From a virus: a stretch of DNA of 64,000 bases. Positions 47,257-57,465 of this stretch are shown here, one piece after another. The stretch covers positions 1 to 64,000 of the IMG/VR virus record IMGVR_UViG_3300042691_032331; one strand, written 5' to 3'. The number at the start of each line of letters is the position of its first letter. The stretch's first letter is position 1. A program made the translations under genes and the position numbers. Under the pieces are notes generated by a model. The model was not told the origin of the DNA and did no database searches. It saw only the letters and a list, made by a program, of their open reading frames with translations.

Positions 47257-48452
47257 TTTAATGGTTTTGGATTAATAACCTGCTCCTTGTCTATATTTAT
47301 TGTTTTAATCTTTTTTTTCTTATAGTTGCGGGTATTAAACATGTGACACATCAAAACACGCTCAATTTCTGTATGCAAACCACGGGCGCCCGTTTTCAAT
47401 TTCAGTGTATTTTCTGCTATTTGATCTAGTGCATCCTCTGTGAAGTTAAGTTCAATATCGTCCAACTTTAGCAAATATTTGTATTGAGCTACGTAATTGT
47501 TTTTAACATCCGTAAGAATTTTAATTAGTTGCTCTTTATTCAATTCTTCAACACTTACTGTAGTTGTGAATCTTCCTATAAACTCAGGAATCATACCAAA
47601 CTTAGTAAGGTCATCTGGGGTAACGTCACTTAACTTTCCTTCTTTTTTGTTGTCCTTTATAGTAGCTCCAAACCCAATACTAGTACCACTTATTCTATTT
47701 GAAATAACATCTTTAAGCCCAACAAAAGCACCGCCACCAATAAACAGAATATTTTTGGTATTAATTTCATTCATCTCTGAATTTGGGTGTTTCCTACCTG
47801 TGCTGGACACTCTGCAAACTGTGCCCTCTACTAATTTGAGTAGTGCTTGCTGTACACCTTCACCACTTACGTCACGGGTCAAACTTACATTTTCACTTTT
47901 ACGGGCGATCTTGTCTATTTCATCTACAAAGATGATTCCACGTTCTGCTAATGCTTTATCACCGTTCGCTGCATTTACAAGCATGTTAATCATGCTTTCA
48001 ACATCGTCACCAACATAACCCGCTTCAGTTAGTGATGTTGCATCAGCAACTACGAAAGGGACCTTAAGATACTTTGCTGCTGTTTTAGCCAATAATGTTT
48101 TACCTGAACCAGTTGGTCCAATTATAAGCACATTGCCTTTTTGTATTTCTAAATCCTTAGGAGGATTATTAATACGCTTATAGTGATTAGCAATTGCCAC
48201 GCTAAGAACAGTTTTAGCATCGTCTTGTCCTATTATATGTTCATCTAGAAAGTCTTTAATACTTTCAGGATCATATTCAGGTTCTACCTTATTTTGATCC
48301 TCTTCTGTTTCGTCAACGATTAGTTCTTGGCATAATTCAACACAATCACTACATATAGCAACGCTGCCTCCTACTACTAATTTTTTGACGTTATCCTTAT
48401 GTGAACCACAAAAACTACAATGATTAATTTGTTTTATTTCTTCAGTCATCAT
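47253..48452 (-). CDS. clpX: Clp protease ATPase subunit
   Basis: CSFCG zinc domain, GPTGSGKT, DEIDKI, RDVSGEGVQQ, IGF loop, TGARGL. Confidence 0.97.
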   Translation of the reverse strand: MMTEEIKQINHCSFCGSHKDNVKKLVVGGSVAICSDCVELCQELIVDETEEDQNKVEPEYDPESIKDFLDEHIIGQDDAKTVLSVAIANHYKRINNPPKDLEIQKGNVLIIGPTGSGKTLLAKTAAKYLKVPFVVADATSLTEAGYVGDDVESMINMLVNAANGDKALAERGIIFVDEIDKIARKSENVSLTRDVSGEGVQQALLKLVEGTVCRVSSTGRKHPNSEMNEINTKNILFIGGGAFVGLKDVISNRISGTSIGFGATIKDNKKEGKLSDVTPDDLTKFGMIPEFIGRFTTTVSVEELNKEQLIKILTDVKNNYVAQYKYLLKLDDIELNFTEDALDQIAENTLKLKTGARGLHTEIERVLMCHMFNTRNYKKKKIKTINIDKEQVINPKPLK

Positions 48453-48468
48453 TGATATACTTATCTTT

Positions 48469-49488
48469 TTAGCAATCGCCTCTAAAATGTTTAAACTTTA
48501 TCCTCACACTTCTTTTGAGTAGTTCAATGTTTGGATCGTTAGGTCTAAAAATAAATTGTGCAGCGCCCTCAAAAGTCTCATTACCACGTATTACAACAGG
48601 ACTGGTTATATCTACATTAGGTGAATATAGACCGTTTGGAAGAAAAGCATATCCACGATAATCTTTACCACATGCACTTGCTACTACATTATTTTTATTA
48701 TCATATAATTTAACAATTACTGACAATGGTCCTGATATAATTTCATGGATCATTTTCGCCCTAGTATGGTCATTAAAGTAGTAAGTATTTGTTTCACCAA
48801 ACAACCATGCTTTAGGATCTTTACTTTGTACTGCTACAACACGTTGTACCACATTTCTATTTTTGCCATCGCTTGTCACTTTTAAAACTTCATTAAGTGC
48901 AACCAAATATTTGTAATTATATTTCATTTCAAAATGAACTTGGAATACTGCACTGCGGTCATCCAGCAAACCCCAAACACTTTCTGTTTGATTTACTTCA
49001 AATCCATTTGTATTAAAATCATACATAATAGATTGTAATAGTTCATCACCAGTTTTTCTATCTTTATTATAGGTATCATATTGTGTAGCCATTCTATCAC
49101 CGTCTACACTTTCATCTTTGCCATATGATCCTAAAATTCTTTCTGCAATTTTACTACTTTTGACATTGGCTTGGATAGTTATTTCAATACCATCCTGTGT
49201 ATTTTTTTGACTAATAATTTTAAAAGAATCAATATATCCTGCACTATGTGTAAGAATTTTGTCTTTTACTAGTTTTTCATTTTTCGTTTCTCTAGTAGTC
49301 ATTACCACAGTGCCTACTACAAAGTCAACTGCATTTTGAAATGCATTATACTTTGCCTCTTCTAATGTGGTACCCAAACCATTTACAACTACGGTTTTTA
49401 CTTCGCCAGTAGAACCAGATGTTTTTTCAACCGCATTGGAAATACATGCTGCACATAGCAGCATGTATACTAGAATAAATTTTTTCAT
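48469..49488 (-). CDS. exported protein, LPP20-like N-terminus
   Basis: signal peptide; G.G.T..EA..NA...AV...G. Confidence 0.65.
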   Translation of the reverse strand: MKKFILVYMLLCAACISNAVEKTSGSTGEVKTVVVNGLGTTLEEAKYNAFQNAVDFVVGTVVMTTRETKNEKLVKDKILTHSAGYIDSFKIISQKNTQDGIEITIQANVKSSKIAERILGSYGKDESVDGDRMATQYDTYNKDRKTGDELLQSIMYDFNTNGFEVNQTESVWGLLDDRSAVFQVHFEMKYNYKYLVALNEVLKVTSDGKNRNVVQRVVAVQSKDPKAWLFGETNTYYFNDHTRAKMIHEIISGPLSVIVKLYDNKNNVVASACGKDYRGYAFLPNGLYSPNVDITSPVVIRGNETFEGAAQFIFRPNDPNIELLKRSVRIKFKHFRGDC

Positions 49489-50099
49489 TTGAATTTTTTA
49501 CCTAGGAAACTAGCACCCAAATCACTATCCTTGTCCCAACGAATAGTTACGCTTACTTCTTGGTCACCGACAACTTCTTCTTTGACCTTTTTAAAACCTT
49601 TTAAAATAGTCTCAGAATTTGTTCTGATTGTTTCAGTTAGTTTTTGTGAGGTTTCATTACTTGCATTACGAATTTTAATATTTTTGGCTTCTGTATCTGT
49701 CATTGAAACTTCTTCATCGGTAAGATTTCCTGCTTTAATCTTATCTTCAGCCTTTTCAATATTTTTAGTTATAACAGATTTAACAGATTCTTTAGTAACT
49801 CGTAAGTTTACAAAATCAGAAACGTTACCGTATGCATTCATTGTTGCACTTTTGAGTCCCTCTTTTCTATTTGATACTGTGCCACCAAATGTAGGTGCTG
49901 TACCAACGGCTTCGATAGCTACCACTTCACAGTCACTACCCAATCCAAACCATGAACATTTTGTTTCTACTTTGATTTGCTCACTTACAAATTTTGTTGC
50001 AAGTTTTTGCTCATGAATAAAAGGTCCACCTACAGATTTGGTAGAGGAACAAGCTGATAGTGCAAGTACCATTGACATTGCTAAAAGTTTAGTTTTCAT
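49485..50099 (-). CDS. lipoprotein
   Basis: lipobox LSAC. Confidence 0.75.
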   Translation of the reverse strand: MKTKLLAMSMVLALSACSSTKSVGGPFIHEQKLATKFVSEQIKVETKCSWFGLGSDCEVVAIEAVGTAPTFGGTVSNRKEGLKSATMNAYGNVSDFVNLRVTKESVKSVITKNIEKAEDKIKAGNLTDEEVSMTDTEAKNIKIRNASNETSQKLTETIRTNSETILKGFKKVKEEVVGDQEVSVTIRWDKDSDLGASFLGKKFK

Positions 50100-50167
50100 A
50101 AAATCCTCATGGATTAGTTAAGAATAAACATTATATTACTTTTGGTAATTAAAAGCAATTATTTTGG

Positions 50168-51868
50168 TTAACCTTGTTTGTTAATATATTCTTCCAAAGC
50201 AGTTTGCTCTGCTTGAGTTAATAAGTCCAAATCGTATTCACCTGTTGCAATTTTGTCAACTAAAAATTGTAGATAGTTGTCAGTTAGATAACCGTCTGTA
50301 TTTGATCTGTTTATCTCAATCCAGCGTGAGCCGTTGTATTTAAAAACACGATTTGGGATAGCATCAACTCTGACAAATTTGTCTCCAGTTCTTGAATCGT
50401 TAGGAAATTCTGTACCAAAATTAGTCCTAGTAGCACGTTCTTCGTCCTCCTGTAAAAAGAGTTCAGGGTTAAAACTTCTCAACACATCTATATGCATTGA
50501 TTTACCTTGATACTCTACATAGTCACCATCTGATTTTTTATATGGTAATTCTTTTTTTAATTTTTTTTCTTCAGGGAATGTAGGGCCTGTTTGAATCCAT
50601 TCCCCTGTTGTAGGGTCTTTAACTCCTTCAAACGGTGGGCTATCATCATCCGCTTTGGGAGATTCTGGTACATCACTTTTGGGATCGTCTACCTCAGTTA
50701 ATTCTTCCTGCTCAACTACTTGATTAGTATCATCCTTCTCAATTGCACTTGTAATGCCTTTGAGAATACCACTTCCTTCTTCTTTATATAAGTTAACACT
50801 ATCTGCAACATCACATTGTTTGTTAGGACAGAATGGTCCAATACCTGTTGCATCGATTAACTTTGTACCACATTTAGGACAATCACCTAAGTTTTCTTCA
50901 ACTTTTTCTGTTACTGGTTCTTCAGTAACAATTTCTGATATAGCACTATTTGCCTGTTCCGCACGTTGCTTTTCTTCTTGTGCGTCAAGTGCTTGTGCAA
51001 CTAATATACCTTTTTCAAAAAATTCTTCAACTTCCTTATTATCATCCAAACTTGTACTTGGTACATGCATTACATCTTCATCGTTTTCAAGTAACTTTTT
51101 ACGAATACGATCTTCACGTACCCATTCCATTTGTTTATTACCAGCAAGTATTAAACACAATGCTAACGGATCGAATACCACAACAATAAGTATAATAACC
51201 CAACGTACAGCACGTTCAAGAACATTTTGGTCGGGATTGTCGCCGTATAATAAAGCAGCAATATATTTGATTGGTCCAACTTCAGCCTCCACCTTTCTAA
51301 ATTCTGCTGCAAGTGGAGCACGTTCCTCTTGTAACTTTTGAATTTCTTTTTGAGATTTATTAATTTGTGCCTGTAATTCTGCACGTTCTTTTGCTTGATT
51401 CTTACGAATACTTACAGCACGTTCAGCACCACGTTCTGTATCACTACGTCCGAGCATTTGATCAACTTGTGAATTCATTTGCTCAATTGCTTTTTTGGCT
51501 TGTGCAATATTTTCTTTTTCTGTATTAATCTTTTCATCAAAGATTGCAACCTTACTCATTGCATCGCCACTTACTAAACTTTGATCACTGTGTGCTTTTG
51601 ACAAGAAACCAAAGATGCCCATGCTAGTTAATAGCATAAGAAATACAATAGCAGGAACAAGATATGATTTATATATCCAATTAATCCTCTTCCAATTATT
51701 GTGTAACCAAACAGTAGCAACAACTTTACCTAACTCAAGTGTTGCTCCCATAATAATAACAGGAAGAACAGCCGCTGCAAAAATTGCTGTAAGACCTGCT
51801 ATTGAATAATAAGCGGCGACAGCACTAAGCATTAGTGCTGTACCTAAAATAATAAATGCGAATACCAT
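50168..51868 (-). CDS. membrane-anchored coiled-coil phage protein
   Basis: three N-terminal TMs, GIFGFLSKAH, EVGPIKYIA, FDPLA, internal CPKC...C...C. Confidence 0.8.
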   Translation of the reverse strand: MVFAFIILGTALMLSAVAAYYSIAGLTAIFAAAVLPVIIMGATLELGKVVATVWLHNNWKRINWIYKSYLVPAIVFLMLLTSMGIFGFLSKAHSDQSLVSGDAMSKVAIFDEKINTEKENIAQAKKAIEQMNSQVDQMLGRSDTERGAERAVSIRKNQAKERAELQAQINKSQKEIQKLQEERAPLAAEFRKVEAEVGPIKYIAALLYGDNPDQNVLERAVRWVIILIVVVFDPLALCLILAGNKQMEWVREDRIRKKLLENDEDVMHVPSTSLDDNKEVEEFFEKGILVAQALDAQEEKQRAEQANSAISEIVTEEPVTEKVEENLGDCPKCGTKLIDATGIGPFCPNKQCDVADSVNLYKEEGSGILKGITSAIEKDDTNQVVEQEELTEVDDPKSDVPESPKADDDSPPFEGVKDPTTGEWIQTGPTFPEEKKLKKELPYKKSDGDYVEYQGKSMHIDVLRSFNPELFLQEDEERATRTNFGTEFPNDSRTGDKFVRVDAIPNRVFKYNGSRWIEINRSNTDGYLTDNYLQFLVDKIATGEYDLDLLTQAEQTALEEYINKQG

Positions 51869-51878
51869 AGTCTAATAT

Positions 51879-52082
51879 TTATGATTCGAACAAATGTCCA
51901 TATGTGTTATTAAATTCAGTTAACGTCATTGTTAACTTCCTTGGTATGGTTCTAAGACCATACGTATGATAAGTAACGAAAGGTTGATTTAACCCATCTA
52001 TTTCCTTCATTTTGATTTGCATGACTTCTAATGTCATTCCATCTTCAAAGACATGCTTTCTGCCAACTAAACTTGTATCCAT
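51879..52082 (-). CDS. hypothetical protein
   Basis: TAATG coupling. Confidence 0.7.
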   Translation of the reverse strand: MDTSLVGRKHVFEDGMTLEVMQIKMKEIDGLNQPFVTYHTYGLRTIPRKLTMTLTEFNNTYGHLFES

Positions 52083-53344
52083 TATTTTATATCGTAAACT
52101 TTATAATCGCTATACTTGCCCCAGTAATCGCCGCCGCCGTTTTCTATTTCATCGTCACCGTAGTATACTTTGCAAATATAATCATTACCTTCGTAATCTA
52201 TGCCTTCAAAGCGTAGTTTCTTAGGATCGAATTCACCTTCAAATTCGCCATCAAACCAACCACCTTTACCATATTGATTCCAAACTACAACAGGTCCTTT
52301 ATCTTTTAAATCAAAATTGATATAGAATTCTTCTCCTGTATCTATTGCTTCATAGTAACTATCTTCATCACCATGTACAATATTTAGGTAATCATACAGT
52401 CCACCTTCATAGATTGTTTGATCATCTTTACTAATGATGATCCATGCATCAGATTCTACACCCCATATGAATTTAATGTCATCATACTCATTATAATATT
52501 CGTATAGTTTGCATTCTTCTGGAGTGCCATTTTCTTCATAGTCGAAACTATCGTTTAATGCTTCTCCTAATTCTTCTTCACGGTCTACCCAATAATCAAA
52601 TTGTTCTTTAGTAATTGAGCCAACACCAGCGTCAAGTGTTCTGCCTCTAATTTCAATTTTGTATTTACCAGTTGGATACATTTTCTCTAATGTATATGTT
52701 TTAGTTTCTTCCACAATAGGTTGGCTTTCAATTAATTCTTCGTATTCATCACGTAATTTTTTTAATGCGATATTAAGGTCTTCGTCGTTTGCATCAGGTA
52801 AATTTTCTTCTTCTACCTCTGCTACTTGACTTACACCATATTTTTCATTATATCGTGCAGTTGCTTCTTGTCTTTTTCTTTCATCCTCTATACCTGCTTC
52901 GGTTAATTCAATATCACTTTCACAGTATGGACATATCTTTTTAGGTTCTTTGTCGGCTTGTTCATTATCTTCAGGCCAATGCCATTCAGCATCATAACTT
53001 TGACCAGTCCATTTACATTTTGTGCATTTATGTGTAGGTGGTGGAGGAGGAGGTTCATTATGCCAACTATTCTCATCACCTAATTCATAGGTAATATCAT
53101 ATCCACCCTTACGTGATGTCCAACAGTCACTATATTGATGTTCCCAGTCAAGGTCAACATCATTATCCCATGCGTCATTGATAACATCTTCGACTTCAAC
53201 TTCACCATCTTCAATTTGCTTTAGTAAGTTGGTGATTTCATCTTCACTATAATCTGGATAGATTTCACTTAACAAACTTTCATCAAGTTCAATTGCGAAT
53301 TGTTCATCTACTTGATGCCATTCATGTTTAACGATTGTGACCAT
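52082..53344 (-). CDS. acidic hypothetical protein with CxxC...CPxC zinc ribbon
   Basis: long ORF, GGAG RBS. Confidence 0.75.
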   Translation of the reverse strand: MVTIVKHEWHQVDEQFAIELDESLLSEIYPDYSEDEITNLLKQIEDGEVEVEDVINDAWDNDVDLDWEHQYSDCWTSRKGGYDITYELGDENSWHNEPPPPPPTHKCTKCKWTGQSYDAEWHWPEDNEQADKEPKKICPYCESDIELTEAGIEDERKRQEATARYNEKYGVSQVAEVEEENLPDANDEDLNIALKKLRDEYEELIESQPIVEETKTYTLEKMYPTGKYKIEIRGRTLDAGVGSITKEQFDYWVDREEELGEALNDSFDYEENGTPEECKLYEYYNEYDDIKFIWGVESDAWIIISKDDQTIYEGGLYDYLNIVHGDEDSYYEAIDTGEEFYINFDLKDKGPVVVWNQYGKGGWFDGEFEGEFDPKKLRFEGIDYEGNDYICKVYYGDDEIENGGGDYWGKYSDYKVYDIK

Positions 53345-53414
53345 GTAATCTCCGTGTTCAAATAATCATATAGTATATGATTTTTAATTTTATTAATAGT
53401 AAATAGGTAAAAGA

Positions 53415-53714
53415 TTATCTTTTTAGTATGTCCCAAGCTAATCCATGCCATCGTTCAAAGTCAATTATTTTTCCTAATCCTGTATATTTGTCTTTTATTT
53501 CCCACCATTCACCTTGACTATCTTTATAGACTACACGGTATGAATACCCATATGCTGACAATATTACAGCACGAACATTCTCTGCATCATTGGTAACCGA
53601 TATTAAACCATCTTCATCTTCTATGTAAACAATTAGGTTATGTCGGTCTAACCCCACAATGTTCCAAGAACTTTTTGTTATAAACATACCGTTAATCGAT
53701 CTACTTGTCGTCAC
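53415..53714 (-). CDS. hypothetical protein
   Basis: SVTNDAENV...Y.DS.G.W motif. Confidence 0.7.
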   Translation of the reverse strand: MTTSRSINGMFITKSSWNIVGLDRHNLIVYIEDEDGLISVTNDAENVRAVILSAYGYSYRVVYKDSQGEWWEIKDKYTGLGKIIDFERWHGLAWDILKR

Positions 53715-55047
53715 GGAATCTCACGAACCTTGGGAAACGCAATGAATAACTACCATCTTGATTTTGTGAAACTGCATCACATAATACTTCTGCTGTCCTA
53801 CCAACGATTAGATTTGAATTGTTCCAATAGTCGGTTCTATCTTCATCACTAAAGCCACTACCAACATTAACAGAAATAAATTTACCATCATCGGTGCCCT
53901 CACATACTAACGCACCTAGTCTACCCTCATTGCGACCTGTACCTTCTTCAAGACTAACTACAGTAAGGTCAACAGTAATAGTAGGCTTCCACTTCATCCA
54001 AAATGTATTACGTTTACATTCGTATGGAGCACCAAGTTCTTTAATCATAATGCCTTCAAAGCCTTGATTAACCATATCTTTAGCATAACGATTTAGTTGA
54101 TCACGACCTTCAGCAATATCAAGATTAACTTCAATATGTGGCAACAATTCTACATTGGGCATTTTATCAATTGTTGGTCGCATATCTAGTAATATGTCTA
54201 TGCGTTTGTGTAGTTGTGCATTCCAATAACCTCTACGAAAATCTTCTAGAGGCAAAATATCAAATACATTGAATACACTATCTTCGGCTTGTACATTTTC
54301 TTTGCGACGAGCCTGACGCATTAATTCTTGAAAACTATTGCCAATGACTTCACCGTCTAGTACGAAACCATTTATGAAACCACCGCCCCAAGTATTACGA
54401 ATACTTCTTACAAGTGAGGTAAAATTTTGTTTTATTTGTTCTTCAATGTGAGTGAAGTTTTCAAATTGTTTACCATTACGACTGAAACTAATGACAGTTA
54501 CATTACCATCATCACTGGGTATGACCATCATTAAAACACGAACACCATCTAGTTTGGGTTCAAGGCGCTTAGTACCTACCATTTCAGGACGGTTCTCACT
54601 GTTAGTTGCTAGTTGACAACCGAATGTAGGTATTTCGTAATCAGTGCCTTTGCAAATTTTATTAATTGTTTTATCACTGATACCAGCACGAAGGTCTCTA
54701 CGCAATACAGGAGCAAGGAATGTATTCCATTCATCACTATTAAAACGCTTACTTAATGTCTCAATAGCATCACGTGCTGCATGTCCTGTCAATCTACGCT
54801 GACATAGTTGAATCATAAGTTCATTAAAATCTTCCCAAGGATTCTCTGCATCTGTAATACCTTGAGTAGTTGGTATTTGCTTAACACCAAATGTCACATA
54901 AGGATTATAACAAGCTTTTACAAAGCCTAAAAATATTTGACTGTTTATACTTCCAAGTGTAGCTGCCTCAAGTGCCTGAAGAATAACATCTTCTTTGTGA
55001 AGGCGACTGTCACTTTCGTTTAGTTTATTAATCCAACTCGCACTCAT
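53701..55047 (-). CDS. ATP-dependent DNA ligase
   Basis: KLDGVR, SRNGK, LDGE, FDIL, EGIMIK, WMKWKP, VGSGF, SLRFPRF..FR.DK. Confidence 0.95.
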   Translation of the reverse strand: MSASWINKLNESDSRLHKEDVILQALEAATLGSINSQIFLGFVKACYNPYVTFGVKQIPTTQGITDAENPWEDFNELMIQLCQRRLTGHAARDAIETLSKRFNSDEWNTFLAPVLRRDLRAGISDKTINKICKGTDYEIPTFGCQLATNSENRPEMVGTKRLEPKLDGVRVLMMVIPSDDGNVTVISFSRNGKQFENFTHIEEQIKQNFTSLVRSIRNTWGGGFINGFVLDGEVIGNSFQELMRQARRKENVQAEDSVFNVFDILPLEDFRRGYWNAQLHKRIDILLDMRPTIDKMPNVELLPHIEVNLDIAEGRDQLNRYAKDMVNQGFEGIMIKELGAPYECKRNTFWMKWKPTITVDLTVVSLEEGTGRNEGRLGALVCEGTDDGKFISVNVGSGFSDEDRTDYWNNSNLIVGRTAEVLCDAVSQNQDGSYSLRFPRFVRFRDDK

Positions 55048-55355
55048 TGTACAGTTTCACTTTCTTTAAGAGTTTCAAATATGGTTAGTTTAGAAATTTC
55101 TTCCATTGAATCATCAAGTTTGCTGATAGCTTGTTCTAAATCTTTTTTAGCCTTGTCCAATACTTCTCTACGCATGTTGCGAACATATTGGCTAGTGGTG
55201 ACCATTTTTTGAATGTTTAGTTCACTATTGACCTCAGCCATTTTCATATCAAAGCCGTGTTCATAGCGTGACCTAAAACCATTCAATAGTGCGATCTCCT
55301 CTAATGTAGTTTCTACTAGAACACGCTCTTTGTCAATTTTAGCAATAACTTTCAT
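55044..55355 (-). CDS. hypothetical protein
   Basis: ORF in operon context. Confidence 0.65.
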   Translation of the reverse strand: MKVIAKIDKERVLVETTLEEIALLNGFRSRYEHGFDMKMAEVNSELNIQKMVTTSQYVRNMRREVLDKAKKDLEQAISKLDDSMEEISKLTIFETLKESETVQ

Positions 55356-55357
55356 AA

Positions 55358-55777
55358 TTACCAACTTGAATTATAAAATACTTTTTGTCCTAAAAAAACC
55401 CTAGATTTTGCTTCATATACAAATGCAAGGTCTTGACGGTAATAATAATCACATGAATCGCTACCAAAAAAGAATCCTTCAGTTGCAGGCAGATTTTTAT
55501 TTTTTATGTCATTTTCTAATCTAACAAGATCATCGAATGTTAATTCAAGTTCGATGCCATTAAATGCACCTTCGTTGACATGACCTTCTACACCAGGACA
55601 ACCTTTTTCATGCCAAAGATTTTCCATCCAACCTTGTAGATTGGGATGCTTACGCCAGTATGCTAGTTCGGTAGTAGAATCATATGCTTCTTTATTACCA
55701 TGCTCATACTTTTCTTCGAGATATTCATCCCTAGCGCCAGACTTACTTGCTGCGTATGCGTATTGATCAAGTCCCAT
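55358..55777 (-). CDS. conserved phage protein
   Basis: MGLDQYAY...YWRKHPNLQGWM...GFFFG...YNSSW. Confidence 0.8.
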   Translation of the reverse strand: MGLDQYAYAASKSGARDEYLEEKYEHGNKEAYDSTTELAYWRKHPNLQGWMENLWHEKGCPGVEGHVNEGAFNGIELELTFDDLVRLENDIKNKNLPATEGFFFGSDSCDYYYRQDLAFVYEAKSRVFLGQKVFYNSSW

Positions 55778-55905
55778 TATTTCGCCACCTTTTCTGCTTG
55801 AGTTTTAGTAACATCCACTGCTTTGTCAAGAACCTTTGCTACACCTGCAAAGCCAATTGTAGAAACTATAATACCAAAAATTGTACCTACTATAAAATTT
55901 TGCAT
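55777..55905 (-). CDS. small membrane protein (42 aa)
   Basis: MQNFIVGTIFGIIVSTIGF...; TAATG coupling to next gene. Confidence 0.65.
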   Translation of the reverse strand: MQNFIVGTIFGIIVSTIGFAGVAKVLDKAVDVTKTQAEKVAK

Positions 55906-55913
55906 TTTATCAC

Positions 55914-56540
55914 CTATACAAATTTAACACGATTTAATTGGGTACTGTCTACTGTATGTTTTTTGACTGTACCTTTTACAGTTACCTTACTACCAATTTC
56001 AATACTAGCTGCATATGAAAAGAAAACTACCTGATCCTCGGGGGTAATAGCAGTAATAAAATACACTCCATAATTTTGTGAATATATGCATTTTAAAACT
56101 TCAACGGATACTGTAACACGATCTTTTATTGCACCAATATTACCACCTCGGGCAAAATTTATTTTTGTATCTGCATCTTTTCTTTGCATGGCTCGTTCAT
56201 AAACAGAGGGTAATGATGCAATAATTGAAATATCGTAATTACATGTGGCTGTTTCTTTGTTGCTAATTTCTGTAGCAACTCGTTCGAACGGAGAAATTTC
56301 AACGCCTTTTACAATTTTGAAAGTAAGGTGTTGCTGAAAGTATTGTCGAATTTTACGACCTGCTTCCATTTCTGAATCAGTGAAAGGAATAACGTCAGTC
56401 AACATTGACATTACTAATGTACGGTTAGCAGATACACCTGGAGGTTCTTGTGTAATTTTTATGTATCTTTTGTTAATATTCTGTGCGATAACGGCAGCAG
56501 CAAAAGCGTTGTCAATATTGAAATTAAATTTATCTTTCAT
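55914..56540 (-). CDS. early protein with OB-fold-like C-terminus
   Basis: start re-set after GAGG; G.I.DRV...YG...KGTVK.H...TQLNRVK. Confidence 0.7.
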   Translation of the reverse strand: MKDKFNFNIDNAFAAAVIAQNINKRYIKITQEPPGVSANRTLVMSMLTDVIPFTDSEMEAGRKIRQYFQQHLTFKIVKGVEISPFERVATEISNKETATCNYDISIIASLPSVYERAMQRKDADTKINFARGGNIGAIKDRVTVSVEVLKCIYSQNYGVYFITAITPEDQVVFFSYAASIEIGSKVTVKGTVKKHTVDSTQLNRVKFV

Positions 56541-56544
56541 ATTA

Positions 56545-56596
56545 TCCTCACTGTTCACTATACCGATATTATAGCAAAGTTTGGATTATTTGTCAA
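56545..56596 (-). promoter_or_regulatory. early promoter-leader module
   Basis: TTGACA-17-TATAAT then CGGTATAGTGAACAGTGAGG. Confidence 0.8.
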
Positions 56597-56610
56597 ATGT
56601 TTACATTTTG

Positions 56611-56802
56611 CTAACTAATTTCAAAATGGTCTTTGATTTTGGCTATGCAGTCATCTGCACCTGCAATATCAACTTCATCACATAACCTAATGCATTCTTT
56701 TATGATTATATCTGCTAGAAATTCCATACGATGCTGACAATCATTAGTAATGTGTTTATGAAGACCATGCTTAATCATTAATGTTTTAACTTGTTCATTC
56801 AT
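56611..56802 (-). CDS. early protein, ELIVREC paralog family
   Basis: MNE...ADIIIKECI...IKDHF. Confidence 0.7.
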   Translation of the reverse strand: MNEQVKTLMIKHGLHKHITNDCQHRMEFLADIIIKECIRLCDEVDIAGADDCIAKIKDHFEIS

Positions 56803-57098
56803 TATATTTTTACACCAAATTTATTTTTTATAGCCATAGATAATATCATAGCAGTTTGACTAGTACCATCAGGCATTGCATAATCATCACATATTCCTGC
56901 ACACTCTAACACAATCAACTCAGCGAACCGTTGATTGAAAATATCATAGAAAATTACCTTATCTGCCTTTTCAGTTTCCAAACGCTTATAGTAAATTACA
57001 TTTGATTCTTCATGCGCTTGATTTGCTAATTTAGCAATTAGAGTTGTATGATTTATATGATATCTGCCAGTCATTGGTCGATTCCAGGCATCATACAT
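56802..57098 (-). CDS. early protein, ELIVREC paralog family
   Basis: FAELIVLECAGICDDY.MPD.TSQTAMILSM. Confidence 0.7.
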   Translation of the reverse strand: MYDAWNRPMTGRYHINHTTLIAKLANQAHEESNVIYYKRLETEKADKVIFYDIFNQRFAELIVLECAGICDDYAMPDGTSQTAMILSMAIKNKFGVKI

Positions 57099-57190
57099 TC
57101 TTCAACATATGCTTTAGCGACTTGGAATGCTACAACCAAGGCTGCTAAAGGCATAAGCGTCCACGCAATAATCGATACAATTAGTTTCAT
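57071..57190 (-). CDS. small membrane protein
   Basis: MKLIVSII...VVAFQVAKAYVE; paralog of 7636-7737. Confidence 0.65.
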   Translation of the reverse strand: MKLIVSIIAWTLMPLAALVVAFQVAKAYVEECMMPGIDQ

Positions 57191-57465
57191 TCTTCAACTC
57201 CGAAATGTTTTAGAATCTGCTCTGCAATAATCAATTCATCACCGCAGAAATCAAACTTATCCTCAACAAACTGAGAACATTCCCGGATGATCAACTCAGC
57301 GAACTTTTCACAAAATCCATCTGATATAATTTCAATACCAGCATCCTTTGCATCTTTTCCAAGTTTGTCCATAAGATATAACGGAGTAGTGTGCGTGGCT
57401 GGCGGTAGAGTTTTTTGATAAACTACAGCAGCCTCTTTAGCAAGTTCTTTAATTCGTTCGTTCAT
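57187..57465 (-). CDS. early protein, ELIVREC paralog family
   Basis: MNERIKELA...KFAELIIREC...HFGVEE. Confidence 0.75.
   Translation of the reverse strand: MNERIKELAKEAAVVYQKTLPPATHTTPLYLMDKLGKDAKDAGIEIISDGFCEKFAELIIRECSQFVEDKFDFCGDELIIAEQILKHFGVEE

Noticed and set aside
40487-48452. Bacterial chromosomal origin of the chaperone/protease genes
   Set aside because: Gene order is non-bacterial (no dnaJ/grpE/tig/lon), composition matches the flanks, and phage genes are interleaved.
45688-51341. Long antisense ORFs opposite dnaK, clpX and 50168-51868
   Set aside because: Fully overlap well-supported genes; typical antisense open frames.
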